DNA of 64,000 nt from Cladosporium halotolerans (Eukaryota). Location of the stretch: assembly GCF_011745625.1 (NCBI RefSeq), contig NW_027191477.1, forward strand, positions 186,001-250,000, in the 5' to 3' direction. A program made the position numbers and the translations under genes. Below are positions 1 through 13,636 of this stretch, in pieces. The notes below the pieces were generated by a model. It did no database searches, was not told where the DNA came from, and saw only the letters and a list, made by a program, of their open reading frames with translations. How positions within the stretch are numbered: the stretch's first letter is position 1; every line of letters starts with the position of its first letter.

Positions 1-718
1 CGGACCTGTTCTTCGGGTCACAGTTGAGACATCGGACCTTACCGTAGTCGAGAAATACTTTCAATAGACCCTTCAGAGCAAGCCTCATCATGATATTCTT
101 TTCCACAAATGATTCTATCACAAGTTCCCCACCTTTTCGTGGGTGGTGAGCGCTTGACGTTGTGATCACGCGGTGCCTCGGCAGCGTTGGTTGGCCCAGC
201 CGACGACAGCCACGCCTGCTCAAAGTGAGACAACGCCCGTTTCACCGGCCACCAGTCGTTACCCAGCGGTATGATGGCCTCGAGATGTAGCCTCTCGACA
301 GTGTACTTTTTTCACAGTCATGAGAACACATCATTATCAGAATAGATCATGCAATGAATTTCGATGGGCTAACGTTCGGCCACGGGTCCAACCTTCTCCT
401 GTCCTGCTGATCATCCAGCTCAAGCCTCGCCGGCTGGGCGATTAATGGCGTGGACGATCGCAGCTCCGCGTTTTCTCCATGTGAGACTCGGAATGCACAT
501 TCAGTATTGATTCTAGCCTCCTACATCACAATAGATCCGTATACACTTTGGCTGGGATCTGGCATCTCTTTATGTCTGAGACAAAAAGGCTCTCCGCCAC
601 TCCGAAGGCAAGGGAGGCGGGATGGCATCCGCATGGAAATATAGTAGCCACCAGCAACCCTCTGCGAAAATGGCGGGCCTTGTTACTCTCTATTGCTACT
701 TTGGCTTTGGTGTATAGC

Positions 719-2398
719 ATGTTGTCTCCTCGAACTACAGCAGTGCTAGCCACAACACTTTCCCTCTCCTTCGCCCTACCTAAACCTGCGACCAACGACG
801 CCGTTCAGCAAGATGAACCGGCTTGGCGGGCTACTGGAACAGACAACAGTGCTGGACACTGGTTCTACGAATTTTACGATTCACTGGCTGTGATGCAAGG
901 AACTTCGTTCTGGTCCGGTTACGATTGGCCCGAATCAATAGATTGGATAGCAGCAGTCTTGGGCACGTTACTTGGAGCCTCGGATCGTTCTTTCACTGAG
1001 ATCTTAATCGAGTACGACGGTAGTCTTCCTGGCTCATATTTTTCTGGTCCGACGATCGATGGCGAAATTTCCAGATACTACTCTCAAGTCGAATCTTTCT
1101 TCAAGTCCGAGAACGTGGGCGACATCTTCGGACAAGCTTACGACGACGCGCAATGGGTGGTTCTGGAGTGGCTGGAAGTGATCAAATTCATCAACGAATA
1201 CAACTCTTACATCAATGGATCCGATCTTGGCGAAGAGAATCTTTCACGGTACGCCCACAGGGCTCATGTTTTCTACAACATCGTCCAAAACGAGTTCGAG
1301 ACCTCTCTCTGCGACGGAGGCATTACATGGAATCCAACACTGGAGACATACAAGAACGCCATCACCAACGAGCTTTATCTGTCAAGCTCGATAGCTATGT
1401 ACCTCTACTTCCCGGGAGACTACAACACCGACCCTTATCCAACTGCGAATTACTCGTCTGACACGAACACGACTCTGCCGCCTCTTACATTCCTTCAGCC
1501 GCACGATCCGGTCCTTCTGGACAATGCGATCAAGGAATATGATTGGTTCAAGACGCACAACTTCACCAACGAGCAAGGCCTGATCGTGGATGGATTCCAC
1601 ATCTCCAAAGGCCAGACCACGTGCGACAAACGCAACGAGATGGTCTACACCTACAATCAGGGAGTCATCCTTTCCGGCCTCAGAGGCCTGTGGGAGGCTA
1701 CTGGTGACCCTTCGTACCTTTCTGACGGTTACGATCTCGTCAACACTGTGATCGACGCAACCGGCTGGAACGCCCAAGACGCGTCAGAAGCAAGCCAGTG
1801 GTCCGGTCTGGGACGCAACGGCATCATGGAAGACTACTGCGACGCGTCGGCGAACTGCTCGCAGGACGCGCAGATCTTCAAAGGCATCTACTTCCACCAC
1901 CTCGGGATCTTCTGCGAGCCGCTCCCGACCATCACGCCTCTTGTGGCGAACCTCACTGTGCTCGCCGAAGACGACCTCGCCGCTTCCCACTCAGGACACT
2001 GCGACGGCTTCCGCCCGTGGGTCATTCACAACGCGAACGCGGCCCTGAGCACGCGCGACCAGAACAATGTCATTGGCGGCTGGTGGGGCTCCGCGCACAA
2101 CAACGGGACAGAGGGTGCGACTCTAGACATGTCGGTGCCGCGTCCTGAAGGCAGCTGGGACGAGCGCAATGACCCTTCAGTGCTCGATCAGGCGCCTTGG
2201 GCTTGCCGCGACGCGGATGGCTGCCGCCAAGGCAGAAATGGCAACGCGTTATCGGCTCGGTATGTCAAACCATCAGCGATACGGAGCAAAAAACGCGACG
2301 TCAACGATGGCGGGCGAGGGAGGACGGTGGAGACGCAGGGCAGTGGTGTCGGCGTCGTCAAAGCGGCGAGCGACTTCACGCGCAAGAGACCGGCTTGA
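719..2398 (+). CDS. Secreted GH76 family (alpha-1,6-mannanase/DFG5-like) glycoside hydrolase, intronless
   Basis: ATG at 719 begins a signal peptide (MLSPRTTAVLATTLSLSFA). Contains AYDDAQW catalytic di-Asp motif, CDGGITW, YKNAITNEL, YTYNQGVILSGL and FKGIY, all typical of GH76. Confidence 0.85.
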   Translation: MLSPRTTAVLATTLSLSFALPKPATNDAVQQDEPAWRATGTDNSAGHWFYEFYDSLAVMQGTSFWSGYDWPESIDWIAAVLGTLLGASDRSFTEILIEYDGSLPGSYFSGPTIDGEISRYYSQVESFFKSENVGDIFGQAYDDAQWVVLEWLEVIKFINEYNSYINGSDLGEENLSRYAHRAHVFYNIVQNEFETSLCDGGITWNPTLETYKNAITNELYLSSSIAMYLYFPGDYNTDPYPTANYSSDTNTTLPPLTFLQPHDPVLLDNAIKEYDWFKTHNFTNEQGLIVDGFHISKGQTTCDKRNEMVYTYNQGVILSGLRGLWEATGDPSYLSDGYDLVNTVIDATGWNAQDASEASQWSGLGRNGIMEDYCDASANCSQDAQIFKGIYFHHLGIFCEPLPTITPLVANLTVLAEDDLAASHSGHCDGFRPWVIHNANAALSTRDQNNVIGGWWGSAHNNGTEGATLDMSVPRPEGSWDERNDPSVLDQAPWACRDADGCRQGRNGNALSARYVKPSAIRSKKRDVNDGGRGRTVETQGSGVGVVKAASDFTRKRPA

Positions 2399-2920
2399 GC
2401 GATCCGGTCTATTTCACGACTTTCATGACCATACATTTGCCACATATACACAAACGATTCTTTCAGACGTCTTATCATGCTTTCATGTCCGGATTCCAAG
2501 CCCTCTACCAAATCTGGCAGACGCCCCTGAGAGCCAAGTTCCAAGCCGCCCAAATCTGTTCTTGAGCGCCCCGCGCTCCCCAATCTTGACTCCTCCCAAC
2601 CAACTGCTGTATCGAAAGCCTACTGCAGAGTCTATTGCTGCGCCGCATTTCTGGGCGTAATTCAACTGTAGCAACAAACACCTCCTCAAAGATAAGTAAA
2701 GATGGCATTTCTCTTCATGGATTTCTCTTTTCTGCTCTGACTCGTCGTGTTCCTTTCATACCCCTGCTGTTTTGTCGCTCGCTTAAATCCGGTTTCCGCG
2801 AGATTGTATCGGCCTGCGTCATTCTATATCGACGAAGCCGTCTGCATGTCAACAGTATAAAAATATATCAAAGGGAGCATTCAGCTGCCAGAAAAGTATC
2901 GAAGTCACCGGCCCGCCAAC

Positions 2921-3900
2921 ATGAGGGTAAATCGCATATCTGCCATCCTGGCATTAGTCCCTTCAATTCTCGCAGACATAGTCGAACCCTCATCGCCCAA
3001 ACGCGGCCTCTGTTACGTCGAAGGTGAAGATCCCGCAGACGACAAAACCTGGGATGGCTCGGAGTCGGATCTCACCTGGTACTACAACTACCAAGCAATG
3101 CCCACAGACGCAATCGACAGCAAACTCCAATTCGTCCCCATGCTCTGGGGCGCCGACTCCTCCAACGACAACGCAGATGCCACCAGTTTCTACGACACAG
3201 TAAAAGGACTTATCGACTCTGGCCGCGAAATTCAATACGTGCTAGGCTTCAACGAGCCCGACGGCTGCACAGACGGAGGCTCCTGCGTCGACCCATCCGT
3301 CGCAGCCTCAGAATGGATCGATAAAATCGAGCCGCTGAAAAACCTCGACCTCCAGCTCGGCGCGCCGGCCGTGACGGGCTCGCCCCGTGGTCTGCAGTGG
3401 TTGCAGGAGTTCTACACGGCGTGCGACGGCGGGTGCACGACGGATTTCCTGCCAATCCACTGGTATGGGAATTTCGAGGGCATGGCGTCGTTCATGGGCC
3501 AGGTCAACGCGACGTATCAGAACATGACGATGTGGATGACGGAGTTTGGGTTCCCGGGGCAGGATCTGGAGACGAGTCAGACGTTCTTCAATCAGAGTAT
3601 TAGTTATCTGGACAGGCAAGAGTAAGTGGCGCGGCGATCTACATTGGCCCTTCGATCGCACTGCTGACTCCATTTAGCTATGTAACGCACTACTCGTGGT
3701 TTGGCGCCTTTCGCTCCGACGTCAGCAACGTTGGGCCCAACAGTGCCCTGCTCACGGAGAAGGGCGAACTGACCGATATGGGCGCTTACTACCTCGGTGA
3801 ACCCGCCGAGGGCAACATCCCTTCAAGCGCAACAGATCGTGCCATCTTCGCTGGGTGGTCTATCTTTGTCAGCGCTGCTTTGTTTTGGAGTTTTGCTTGA
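2921..3900 (+). CDS. GH128 (ASL1-like) beta-1,3-glucanase with signal peptide and hydrophobic C-terminus (putative GPI); intron 3622-3677
   Basis: KRGL, WYYNY, FVPMLWG, LGFNEPD, IHWY and WMTEFG motifs. The GTAAGT...CTGAC...TTAG intron restores YVTHYSWFGAFR; stop TGA at 3898-3900. Confidence 0.85.
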
Positions 3901-4489
3901 TCCAAACTGAGCATGCAGGCACGCGGAGGCCAGCTCGACAGGTGTGTAATTATTAGATATCTCCGATCAGCGTGGGCGTCCAGACGCATCTTTCGACGAG
4001 AGATGAAGCTTATGATATTAGGATTGTATGTGTTGATTAGCCACGCAGGATCATATAGCGATAGATCTGTAGATAGCGAAATATAAAGAGATGCATTATC
4101 ATGAACACGAATCTGGTGTCCAATCTGGAGCAAGCATTGTGATGAGATGACGTGCCATCTTACCGTCAGACCGTGACGCATTGTAGGCCTTACCATTCAT
4201 GAGCATAGTGCTCTTGATTGATGCTAGGACATGGTACACGTAGTTGATGTGATCGCATAAATAACATACATGCCGAAATCCGTGCATGCATAACGCGCCA
4301 GCTCGACGTCGTGCGTCCTCAGGCATCCCATCAGGCTCTCCAAACCCAGTGGGGAATAATTTTGGTCTTGTGTCTTGGCGCGGCACAGCCGAAAAGCCGT
4401 CACACGCTGTAGCAGTGAAGCATCTCACACGCCCAGCGACGACCCTCGACAACCTCACCGCCCTTCGACGAGACCGAAATACCGTCAAA

Positions 4490-5322
4490 ATGGTAAGCGA
4501 CGCCTCCGAAACCGAATCTGTGTGCGATGGAAGTGTGTCTGCCGCGAGATGAGCTGCCGGATGGATGTGGAGGGATGATGGAGTATGGATGGAAATTGCT
4601 GGGCTGGCTTTGGAGAGATGATTGGGGTGCATGATTGCAGATTCAAAAGAGGAGGCATAAGATGCATTGCGCATCTTGCGCGTGGGCTCGACATTTTCCA
4701 CTGCATGTTTGGGATAATCGGAGGATGGACAACGCAATGTCGAATTGCAGCTGCGGTGGCGACGGACAAATCTTTCGGGCATTCGGCGGCAGGCACACTT
4801 TTCGCACACAGCCACGGGACACATATACAGCGAGAATCGCATACTGATCTCGCGCTCTACAGGTCAACATCCCGAAGACGCGCAGGACCTACTGCAAGGG
4901 CAAGGACTGCAAGAAGCACACCCAGCACAAGGTCACCCAGTACAAGGCTGGCAAGGTGCGCTACACCGAACAGACCCTCCGACCCGCGAACCCACAAGAC
5001 TAACACATCCAAAGGCTTCCCTCTTCGCCCAGGGTAAGCGTCGTTACGACCGTAAGCAGTCCGGTTACGGTGGTCAGACCAAGCCGGTTTTCCACAAGAA
5101 GGCCAAGACCACCAAGAAGGTCGTCCTCAGATTAGAATGCACTTCCTGCAAGACCAAGGCTCAGCTCGCCCTCAAGCGTTGCAAGCACTTCGAGCTTGGG
5201 TACGTTATACCTCGACTGGAAATATCCAGACCTGCTGCGCGCAGGCGCAGAGAGAAGGAACTCGTGCTAACCTGCTCTATAGTGGTGACAAGAAGACCAA
5301 GGGTGCCGCTCTTGTCTTCTAG
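4490..5322 (+). CDS. RPL42: 60S ribosomal protein eL42 (L44); exons 4490-4492, 4863-4955, 5015-5199, 5283-5322
   Basis: Spliced product [74 protein letters not shown]...[20 protein letters not shown]. Confidence 0.97.
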
Positions 5323-5911
5323 ACGGGTGCATTATGGTTATGGCGCTAGGGATGATAAGGGAGCGGTCTGTGCGTGTAGCCTCCTCGAGTCTATGATCCT
5401 CGAGGGCTCGGAATCAAAGCTTCGTTTCTCCTGTTCTATTGTCCGCGTCTTCGCACAACTTCGACAAGAGCATAACGCTCTCGGCAAATTCTCTGACGAC
5501 GACTGTCGACTTGGCCAAAGCAACAACGAAGCATAAACGAGAGATGATGTGTTGCAAAAGCTGAAGGGCGGCGTTCGCAATCCGGGATGTGAACAATAGC
5601 AACGGGCACACTGCAGCGAGGGTTGCACGTATCAATACCTGCGTGGATCATTCATGCGACATTCACCGGCCTTCCAGATTTGTGTCCCCTTTCTCAGTCA
5701 CGCCTCAGACTCCTATTCCTTCAAGCGATTCTTGTACCAACGACGATGATGCACTAAGCAAAGGTCATTCGAAACGTACTTTTATTTGATGACTCGCATT
5801 GCACGCGGATATCTAAAGCCTCCTTCCCCCTACGAGCATTTCACGTGGCGATAACCCGAATGATGAAGAACGGAGACTCATGTTTCATCGCTCGTATCTC
5901 AGCCCCAATCT

Positions 5912-8061
5912 CTACGCGCCCATCTGCTCAGCAGTAGCCATCAGCGAGCCGACGAAAGTGACAATCAAGCGCGTGCGCATGTTCGTGATATCCTCCGGCA
6001 CCAGCCAGATAGTAGCGCCCATCTTGCGAGCAATCGAGATAGCCAGCTTAGCGTTAGCGTACATCTCCTCGTCCGTCCTGCCAGGCGCAACAAGATCGTA
6101 GTCGACGTAGCTGCTCTGCATGCCGTGCAAGACGTCGAGGAAGAAAGTGCCGTTGGCGAGGCTCTTGTCCTTGAACGAGCGGACCTGCGAGTTCTTGCCG
6201 CCCTTGGCCGCCATGCCGTTGGCCCAGTTGACCATGTCGGCGTCGCTGATCTCGCGCTTGCCCATGCGCTGGGCGAGGCCGGAGAGGGTGTTGACGATGT
6301 CGCGGCGCATTAGCTGCCAGACCATGCCGAGGGTGAGGGTGCGCTGGCCGTCGGTGATGTCGGCGCCCTGGATGCCGACGAGCGAGAAGTGGTTCTGCTT
6401 GCCTATCTCGACGGCGTAGTTGGTGTTCTCGACAGCCTTGAAGCGCGAGAGACCGGACTTGATGACCAGGTACTCCTCGTCCGGGTCGGTGGCCTGCGCG
6501 GGTGCGGCGTTGGCGGGCGGCTTGTTGACGTGGCGGTGGTTGACGCTGCCGGGGATGACCTTGTCGTAGGCCTGCAGGAGGATGGTGCCGTCGCGGAGGT
6601 CGTCGAAGAAGGAGACGACGGTGGGCTTGACGTTGAGGGAGTTGAGCCAGAGGGTGAAGACGCGGGCCTCGCGCTCGCCTTCGGCGTCGAAGTCCTCAAT
6701 CTCCTGCTTCTCCTCCTCGGTGATGGGCTCGAGGCAAGGGTGGGTGTTGAACAGGTTGGCGACGAAGGCAAGGTTCAGCTTGGGGTTACCGGCCACGAGA
6801 GAGGTGGGGGACAGGAATTTGCGGCAGTCCAGCTTGTCGGCGTTCTGCAGCACTTGCTCAGCGCGCTGCAGGAGGTCGGGTGTCTGCAGAGGAGCTCTCG
6901 AGCAGGTCTCAGGCTTCAATTGGTTGAGAAGGACCGTGTAGTTCTCGCCGTCCTTGACGTCTGTTGAAAAGTTCGAAACACTGCGAATTGTCAGTTTGCG
7001 CTGCCCAGAAGTGTGCAGATCGTCTTCTATCATACCGCTTGCCCCATTTGGCGTTCGCCAGGTGGTAGTTGAACCATCTCAGCAGGATCTGCTCAGGAGG
7101 CAGACGCAGGAACTGTTCTAGTGTCTCGCCATCCTCCAGCAGTCTGTAGAGCTCAGGGTGTAGCTTGATATCGATCTTGCCGAGGAGACCTCGCCTGATA
7201 ATCTGCCAGATCAGACCGAGGATCAAGTGATCTCTGCCCTCAATAATGTCGCCGCTGCCAATGTTGACAACAGAGCAACCAATACCCTTCGCCGACTCAA
7301 TGACGATGTTGTTGTTCTCAGTCATGTGGAATGCATTCAGCTGCTTGATCTTCTTGCCAGCCCTGTTCAGTACACGCTCGTCGATGGTGTCCGGTACGCT
7401 GTCGTTGATGAGCTTGGCCAGCACGAGACCGTCCTTGCAGTGGTCGAACATCTCGAAGGTGTTGGTGTCGAAAGGAAGCAGGTGTCCAATGTCCACATCG
7501 CCAGCGAGGACCGCGTTGATATGCCTGGTGAACTCAGTGAGTTCATCCTCGTTGATAGTGTGTTGCGAGCTGCCAGTGGCGCCGCCGACCGTAATCCTGC
7601 CGCCTCCTGCACCTCCACCGATGCTGGATGTCTTCCCGTGCGATGGTGAGCCAGATGCGCCGTTTCCTTGCTGAGCAGCGTTGCTAACGCCTCTGGGTCG
7701 CTGAGGGCCGGTGCCCATGCGCTGCTGAGCCGGCGACGACATTCGCAGCTTGGAGATCAGATCGACATAGTCATCGAGCTCAACGCGCCGTGAGCTGTCC
7801 AGCTCGACTTCTCTGAGCGCCTGGCGGACGACATCGTAGGGCTGGCGTTCGGAGTTCTGCGTGGCCTTGATGACGGTCGCCTCGTCGAGGTAGCCGCGGT
7901 CGTCGACGTCGAGTTTACTGAAAGCGTCGGAGAGGCCCAAGACCTCCTCCTGCTTAAATTGGGGATACTTCCTGTGAGCGCCATGTCAGTGCCGGCCTTT
8001 CCGAGCGAGGACAGGGAGGGGAGGGGAGGGAGACGGACTTTTGAAGTTTGAGGACGTTCAT
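5912..8061 (-). CDS. SAC6: Fimbrin (actin bundler, four CH domains); introns 7972-8038 and 6981-7035
   Basis: MNVLKLQKKYPQF start, DGLVLAKLINDSVPDTIDERVLN, LRLPPEQILLRWFNYHL, FTLWLNSL and AISIARKMGA. Canonical splice sites join the ORFs in frame. Confidence 0.95.
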
Positions 8062-9671
8062 GGTTGCGGCGTGAGGTTGAAAGAGGTCTCTGGGAGGAAG
8101 AATGGGTCAAGTCAAGTCGGCCTCACATGCGCATGCGGCAGCCTAGCGACGAGTGTACTGTACGCGGCACGACTGGGGTGTGTTTGGCAAGCTGAGTGTG
8201 ACGTTTGCCCCGCTAGTGGCGGTGCAGACTTGGGGACAACTTGGGCTGCTCGGGCTGCTCGGGCTCTCATCACTCGAGCCTTGGAAGCCATCGCCGCCTC
8301 GGCCGAAAGCGGGGAGGCCAGACGATCGAACATCTTCACACTTGCAGTTGGCGATCTACCTGAAGACGTTGAATCTGTGTCAATACGTTGCTTGACGATT
8401 GACATTATTCTGAACAAAATGGCAGCCATTTCCGTCATCAACAACAATTTCGTGTCGGGCAGGGTTTCCTTGTTCGGTTCGTTCAGGTCCCAACAACTGT
8501 CCCGGTGAAACATGCATCTCGAACTTGTCACACTGTGGTGAACGTCCTTGCAACGACCCTTGAAACGTAGCGGTCACCAAATGAATACAGTTGGAGTAGG
8601 CAGTGTAAGTCGCTCTCAGTAATTTTGCTAAACGATCGCAAATGCAAATGGCCAACCATCTGATGTTAATCGGCAATTGACAGTCCGTACACATCCCAAT
8701 GAACGTGGACTTACTTTGGGCGGAATCGCAAGCGAGTTTCGATCTTAAACCAGGGGAAACCAGATCAACATACATTGATATGCCTCTATTTAAGGGTGTC
8801 CAGAATGCAGGGTATTGTCGTTAGATGTAATTCTGGGTCATGACTTGCATCGAGGCAGGGTAGAGACCAGCGCAGCTTGATGGCCAACGGATCTCCATGC
8901 TTTCACTCAATCAACACTCGTTGACGGAGAAATATCCAGAACACCACGGCGATGCAGCTGAGAATGAATTTTAAATTAGAGTATGGTGACACGTCGCCAG
9001 GGGCATGGATGCGCGGCTACACAACAACTGCCCCAGGCCCAGACGAAGGCAAAGAACAATCAACACAATGATGGCGTTGTGCGACAGAGGTTGGTCACAA
9101 CCTTGTAAGCGATGTACATCTTCCACAGCTTGGCACATCGATCCCTGGAATAGCAATCGCAGGTGATCGGTGACACAGCCGCCTTGATGGACGCCTCGGG
9201 CGGCAAGGTCGAGTTTCATGCATGACCGTGCAGTGGGTTGAAGAAGGATGCCTTCGCTGTTCAGCCCAGCCAGTGCAGCGCGTAAGAGCATTCGGTTTCA
9301 GGCTGCGCCACTTGTCATCGCCTTGGTCATAGACATCCAGGCGGCTGTCAGGAGTGAATAATGCTTCGAATAGAACTTACTAGACGAGGGAGGAGACCCG
9401 AGTGGCGAAGTCGGTACATAAGGTAATCGGCCAGCCAGTAGTGCCTGCGTGGGAGAGCCTAAGTGCCTTCCCGGCCGGGAGCAGCCGCCGCTTAGGACGT
9501 CACGCATTTCAACTTCTGACTGTCTTTGCGGGCGCCCACGCACCCCACCAACCATCACCATTTCACCACGCTCAACCACCACTTCACGGACACCACATTA
9601 CTCTCGCTCTGCACACGAGCGATACCAGCCGCATACACACGCTCTCACCGAGTACCCACATACCCGCCAAC

Positions 9672-10397
<726 letters not shown>

Positions 10398-11285
10398 GTT
10401 TGCTTTTCCGAGACACGACACATGCATGATCACAAGAACATGATAGGAGTTGCTTGCTTGGGTTGGAGGAGCGTTTAGAGACAAATTCATCGGCCGCCGA
10501 CAAAGTCACCGGCGGAAAGATACGTTACCGCGAGCGAGATGGCCCTGCCGACGATCTGGACCTTGGCCGATATGACAAGGGCAAGCGACCTTATGCTTGG
10601 ACAGGGCGAGCGGTGGATCAAATTCTTCGACTAGGCAGCAAATGGTTCATGGGTTTATGGCACTCTTCACGCGCTTTCTTTGACACTTTCTCTCTCTCAA
10701 CCTGCTGCATACGATTTTGGAATTATCCTCTGTTCGGGGACGCATACTACTCGTAGGTGTTTAAGTTTGGACTTTCGACACATTTCCGTCCCTCATGCTC
10801 GGCTTCGCACCACCACTGTATCCGTTGTGACTTCCGGTCTCTACGGTAACTGTGGCAGCGGCAAGATTCCACCAGATCTCGAATCGCTTCGAATATCTAT
10901 ATATATGCACCTCTGAGTATCCCGTATCTGTGTTCGTCCCTCCTGCTGAACAGATCAGTTTAACATGTGTCACGGTGAAAAACGTCCCTCGAAGTTACGC
11001 GTCACTTGCTCCCGAGGTTTGCTTCTCACTGCAGCCATAACCTCATCAGTCGAAGGCCTTGGTGAATAGCCCAGCGGCAAAGATATCATTCATTACTGCC
11101 AGCATTCTCAATTAAGTAGATACCCACACAGACAGAACACAATGACACAAAGCCAGATTTCATGATCGTTGCGTTTCTGATCTATAGGAGCAAAAACAGG
11201 CCGTTCACGCATTCCATGCAAGACAAAGAGAAAAAAGAAAATCTACCCTCGCTCGCCACCATCTCTTCAATTCCCTTCCCACCCC

Positions 11286-13034
11286 CTACGTCCCAGCCAA
11301 CCTTAGCCCAAACTCCGGCTTAAACCACTCCTTGACCAAATCCTCCAACACCTCATTCGCCAACTTCTTCGCCTCCTCCGACGACCCAGCCTTGCCCTCG
11401 ATATACAGCTTGATCTTCGGCTCCGTGCCCGAACCCCTCGCCGTGAAAACCACATCCCGCAGCTCGCACGTGATCATCTGCGCCGACGCATCCACCGGCA
11501 ACACCGGCTTCCCATCCGCCGTCCCACTATCCTGCCCCAGCGTCAAATCCGTCCAGCGCAGAATCTCGCGCCCGCCGACCCTCTCCGGCCTCTTCCCGCC
11601 ATTCGACGCCCTCACGGCCTCAAAAACCGCATTCGTCGTCGCCGGCGACGGCGAAATCAAGTACGTGTTCGCGTCCTCGAAGTAGCCGTACTTGGCGTAC
11701 AGCTGCTGCAGCTTCTGCCACGGCGTGAGCCCCTGCTTCTTCCAGCGCTGCCAGGCGGACAGGAAGACGGCCGCGGCCGCGACGCCGTCCTTGTCCCACA
11801 CGACGCCCGGGAACATGAAGCCGATGGCCTCCTCGTACGCGAAGGCCGGCACCTTGCCCTGCGCCGCCAGCTCCTGCGCCACGTTGCCGAGCCACTTGAA
11901 GCCCGTGAGGGTGGAGCGGAAGTGGAAGCCCTCGGCTTCGGCCATGGCCGCCAGCATGCGCGACGAGACGGTCGAGGCCAGCATGGTCAGGCGCGCGCGG
12001 TTGCCGGTGTAGGTGTCGAAGACGTGGGAGGCGAGCAGGATGCCGATCTGGTTGCCGGTGAACTGGTGCCAGGTGACCTTGTCGCGGCGCTCGGCGCAGG
12101 AGAAGCGGTCTGCGTCCGGGTCGTTGGCGAGCACGAGGGACGTGCCGTTCTGCGCGGCCTCGGCCATGGCGAGATCGAGGGCGCCGCGCTCCTCCGGGTT
12201 GGGGAAAGGGACGGTGCGGAACTCGGGGTCCGGGTCCGCCTGCGCTTTCACGACGCGCAGGTTGTTGCCGCGAAACCACATGTCGTGGGCGATCTGGCGC
12301 AGGAAGGGCAGGCCGACGCCGTGCAGCGGCGTGTAGGTGAAGGGCATGACCATCTCGACGCTGGGCATGGGCCAGACGAGCTCGCGGAGGGCGCCCATAT
12401 AGTCCTTGGTGGCCTGGGGGAAGATGCGGTCGACGTTGGGGTGGGAGTCGACGACGGCGGGGTCCCATGTGTCGACGGTGGTGATGGAGGAGATGGCTTT
12501 GGCGATGTCGGCGTCGCGGGGAGGAATAATCTGGCAGCCGTTTGACCAGTACACTTTGTACCCGTTGTCGTTTTTGGGGTTGTGGCTGGCGGTGACCATG
12601 ATGCCGGCGGTGGCGTGGTACTGGCCGACGGAGAAAGGGACCATGGGCGTATGGACGAGCTGTCCAAACCAGAGGACCTTGATTCCCTTGCTCAGGAAAG
12701 CGGCGGCGGCGAGGCGAGCGAATTTCTCAGAGTTGTACCGCGCATCGTAGCCGATCACGACGCTGTGCTGGGAGGCGTCCTTGGGAATTTTCGAGGTAAG
12801 TACGTAGTCCGCGAGACCATGAGAGGCTTGCAAGACGGTAAGAGAGTTCATGTGCGCGAAGCCTGCTTTCATCGACGAGCGCAGGCCTGCCGTGCCGAAG
12901 GCGATGCGTGTTCGAAGGCGTTTCTCGAGTTCCGGTTCGTCTCCCGCTTCGACCAGGTCGCTGATTTCCTTGCGAGACGCCTCATCCCGATCCAGGTCCA
13001 ACCAGCGCTGGGCGAGGTCTTTGATAGGTTCCAT
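11286..13034 (-). CDS. Alpha-D-phosphohexomutase family enzyme (PGM2/PRM15-like phosphoglucomutase/phosphopentomutase), intronless
   Basis: FGTAGLR, catalytic TASHNP, metal loop DPDADR, TLTGFKW, YEEAIG and RGSGTEPKIKLYIE. First ATG at 13034. Confidence 0.9.
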   Translation of the reverse strand: MEPIKDLAQRWLDLDRDEASRKEISDLVEAGDEPELEKRLRTRIAFGTAGLRSSMKAGFAHMNSLTVLQASHGLADYVLTSKIPKDASQHSVVIGYDARYNSEKFARLAAAAFLSKGIKVLWFGQLVHTPMVPFSVGQYHATAGIMVTASHNPKNDNGYKVYWSNGCQIIPPRDADIAKAISSITTVDTWDPAVVDSHPNVDRIFPQATKDYMGALRELVWPMPSVEMVMPFTYTPLHGVGLPFLRQIAHDMWFRGNNLRVVKAQADPDPEFRTVPFPNPEERGALDLAMAEAAQNGTSLVLANDPDADRFSCAERRDKVTWHQFTGNQIGILLASHVFDTYTGNRARLTMLASTVSSRMLAAMAEAEGFHFRSTLTGFKWLGNVAQELAAQGKVPAFAYEEAIGFMFPGVVWDKDGVAAAAVFLSAWQRWKKQGLTPWQKLQQLYAKYGYFEDANTYLISPSPATTNAVFEAVRASNGGKRPERVGGREILRWTDLTLGQDSGTADGKPVLPVDASAQMITCELRDVVFTARGSGTEPKIKLYIEGKAGSSEEAKKLANEVLEDLVKEWFKPEFGLRLAGT

Positions 13035-13636
13035 GGCCTTATCGTCGTTGTTGGCTGATGGGGTGAGAATTGCAACGAAGGGAGATTTTTTGGGGGCTTG
13101 GATGTCTGCCAAATTGCGAGTTTATGATGCCATCGTCGTCAAAAATCGTCTTCGGATGTATTTTTTTGTCACGCGAGCAATCTTGATGCTGCGTGAGTCT
13201 AAGAATGCAGTTTGCAAGCGTCTATTAATTTATCTTAATTGTATGCCTGGTCGCTGCTGAGCAACCCACGTGGGCGTATCTTTTGGACCAACTTCACAAG
13301 CCCTCCTTGCTCCGTGTGGAGAACCCCGGAGATGTTCCGCGTGGCTGAAAACAAACAAACCGATGAATGACATTTTAAGGAATCGCAACCGGCAACTTTG
13401 AGCGTCATATCTATGGTAAAAATCGCGCGCATTTCCTTCAATGATTTTGCAACCCCTTGAAGCTGGGCGTCTCCACGCGAGCACACACATCCACTGGATC
13501 GTGTTACTCACCGGCCCAACCGTTGGTCTTGGGACAACGAAGACGAAAGGAAAATATTGACTGTGAAGTGACATGCATAAAGCTTCTTCTGCAAAGCAAG
13601 ATCTATTCGCGATACGCAACAAGATTTCCAAGTTGT

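Noticed and set aside
1..330. 3' end of a minus-strand gene at the window edge
   Set aside because: Short ORF without recognisable features.
4493..4862. Intronic box C/D snoRNA in RPL42 intron 1
   Set aside because: No convincing RTGATGA...CTGA pair; the late CTGA is part of the branch site.
8100..9400. Possible gene between fimbrin and UBC4
   Set aside because: Only short unrelated ORFs; more simply a divergent promoter region.
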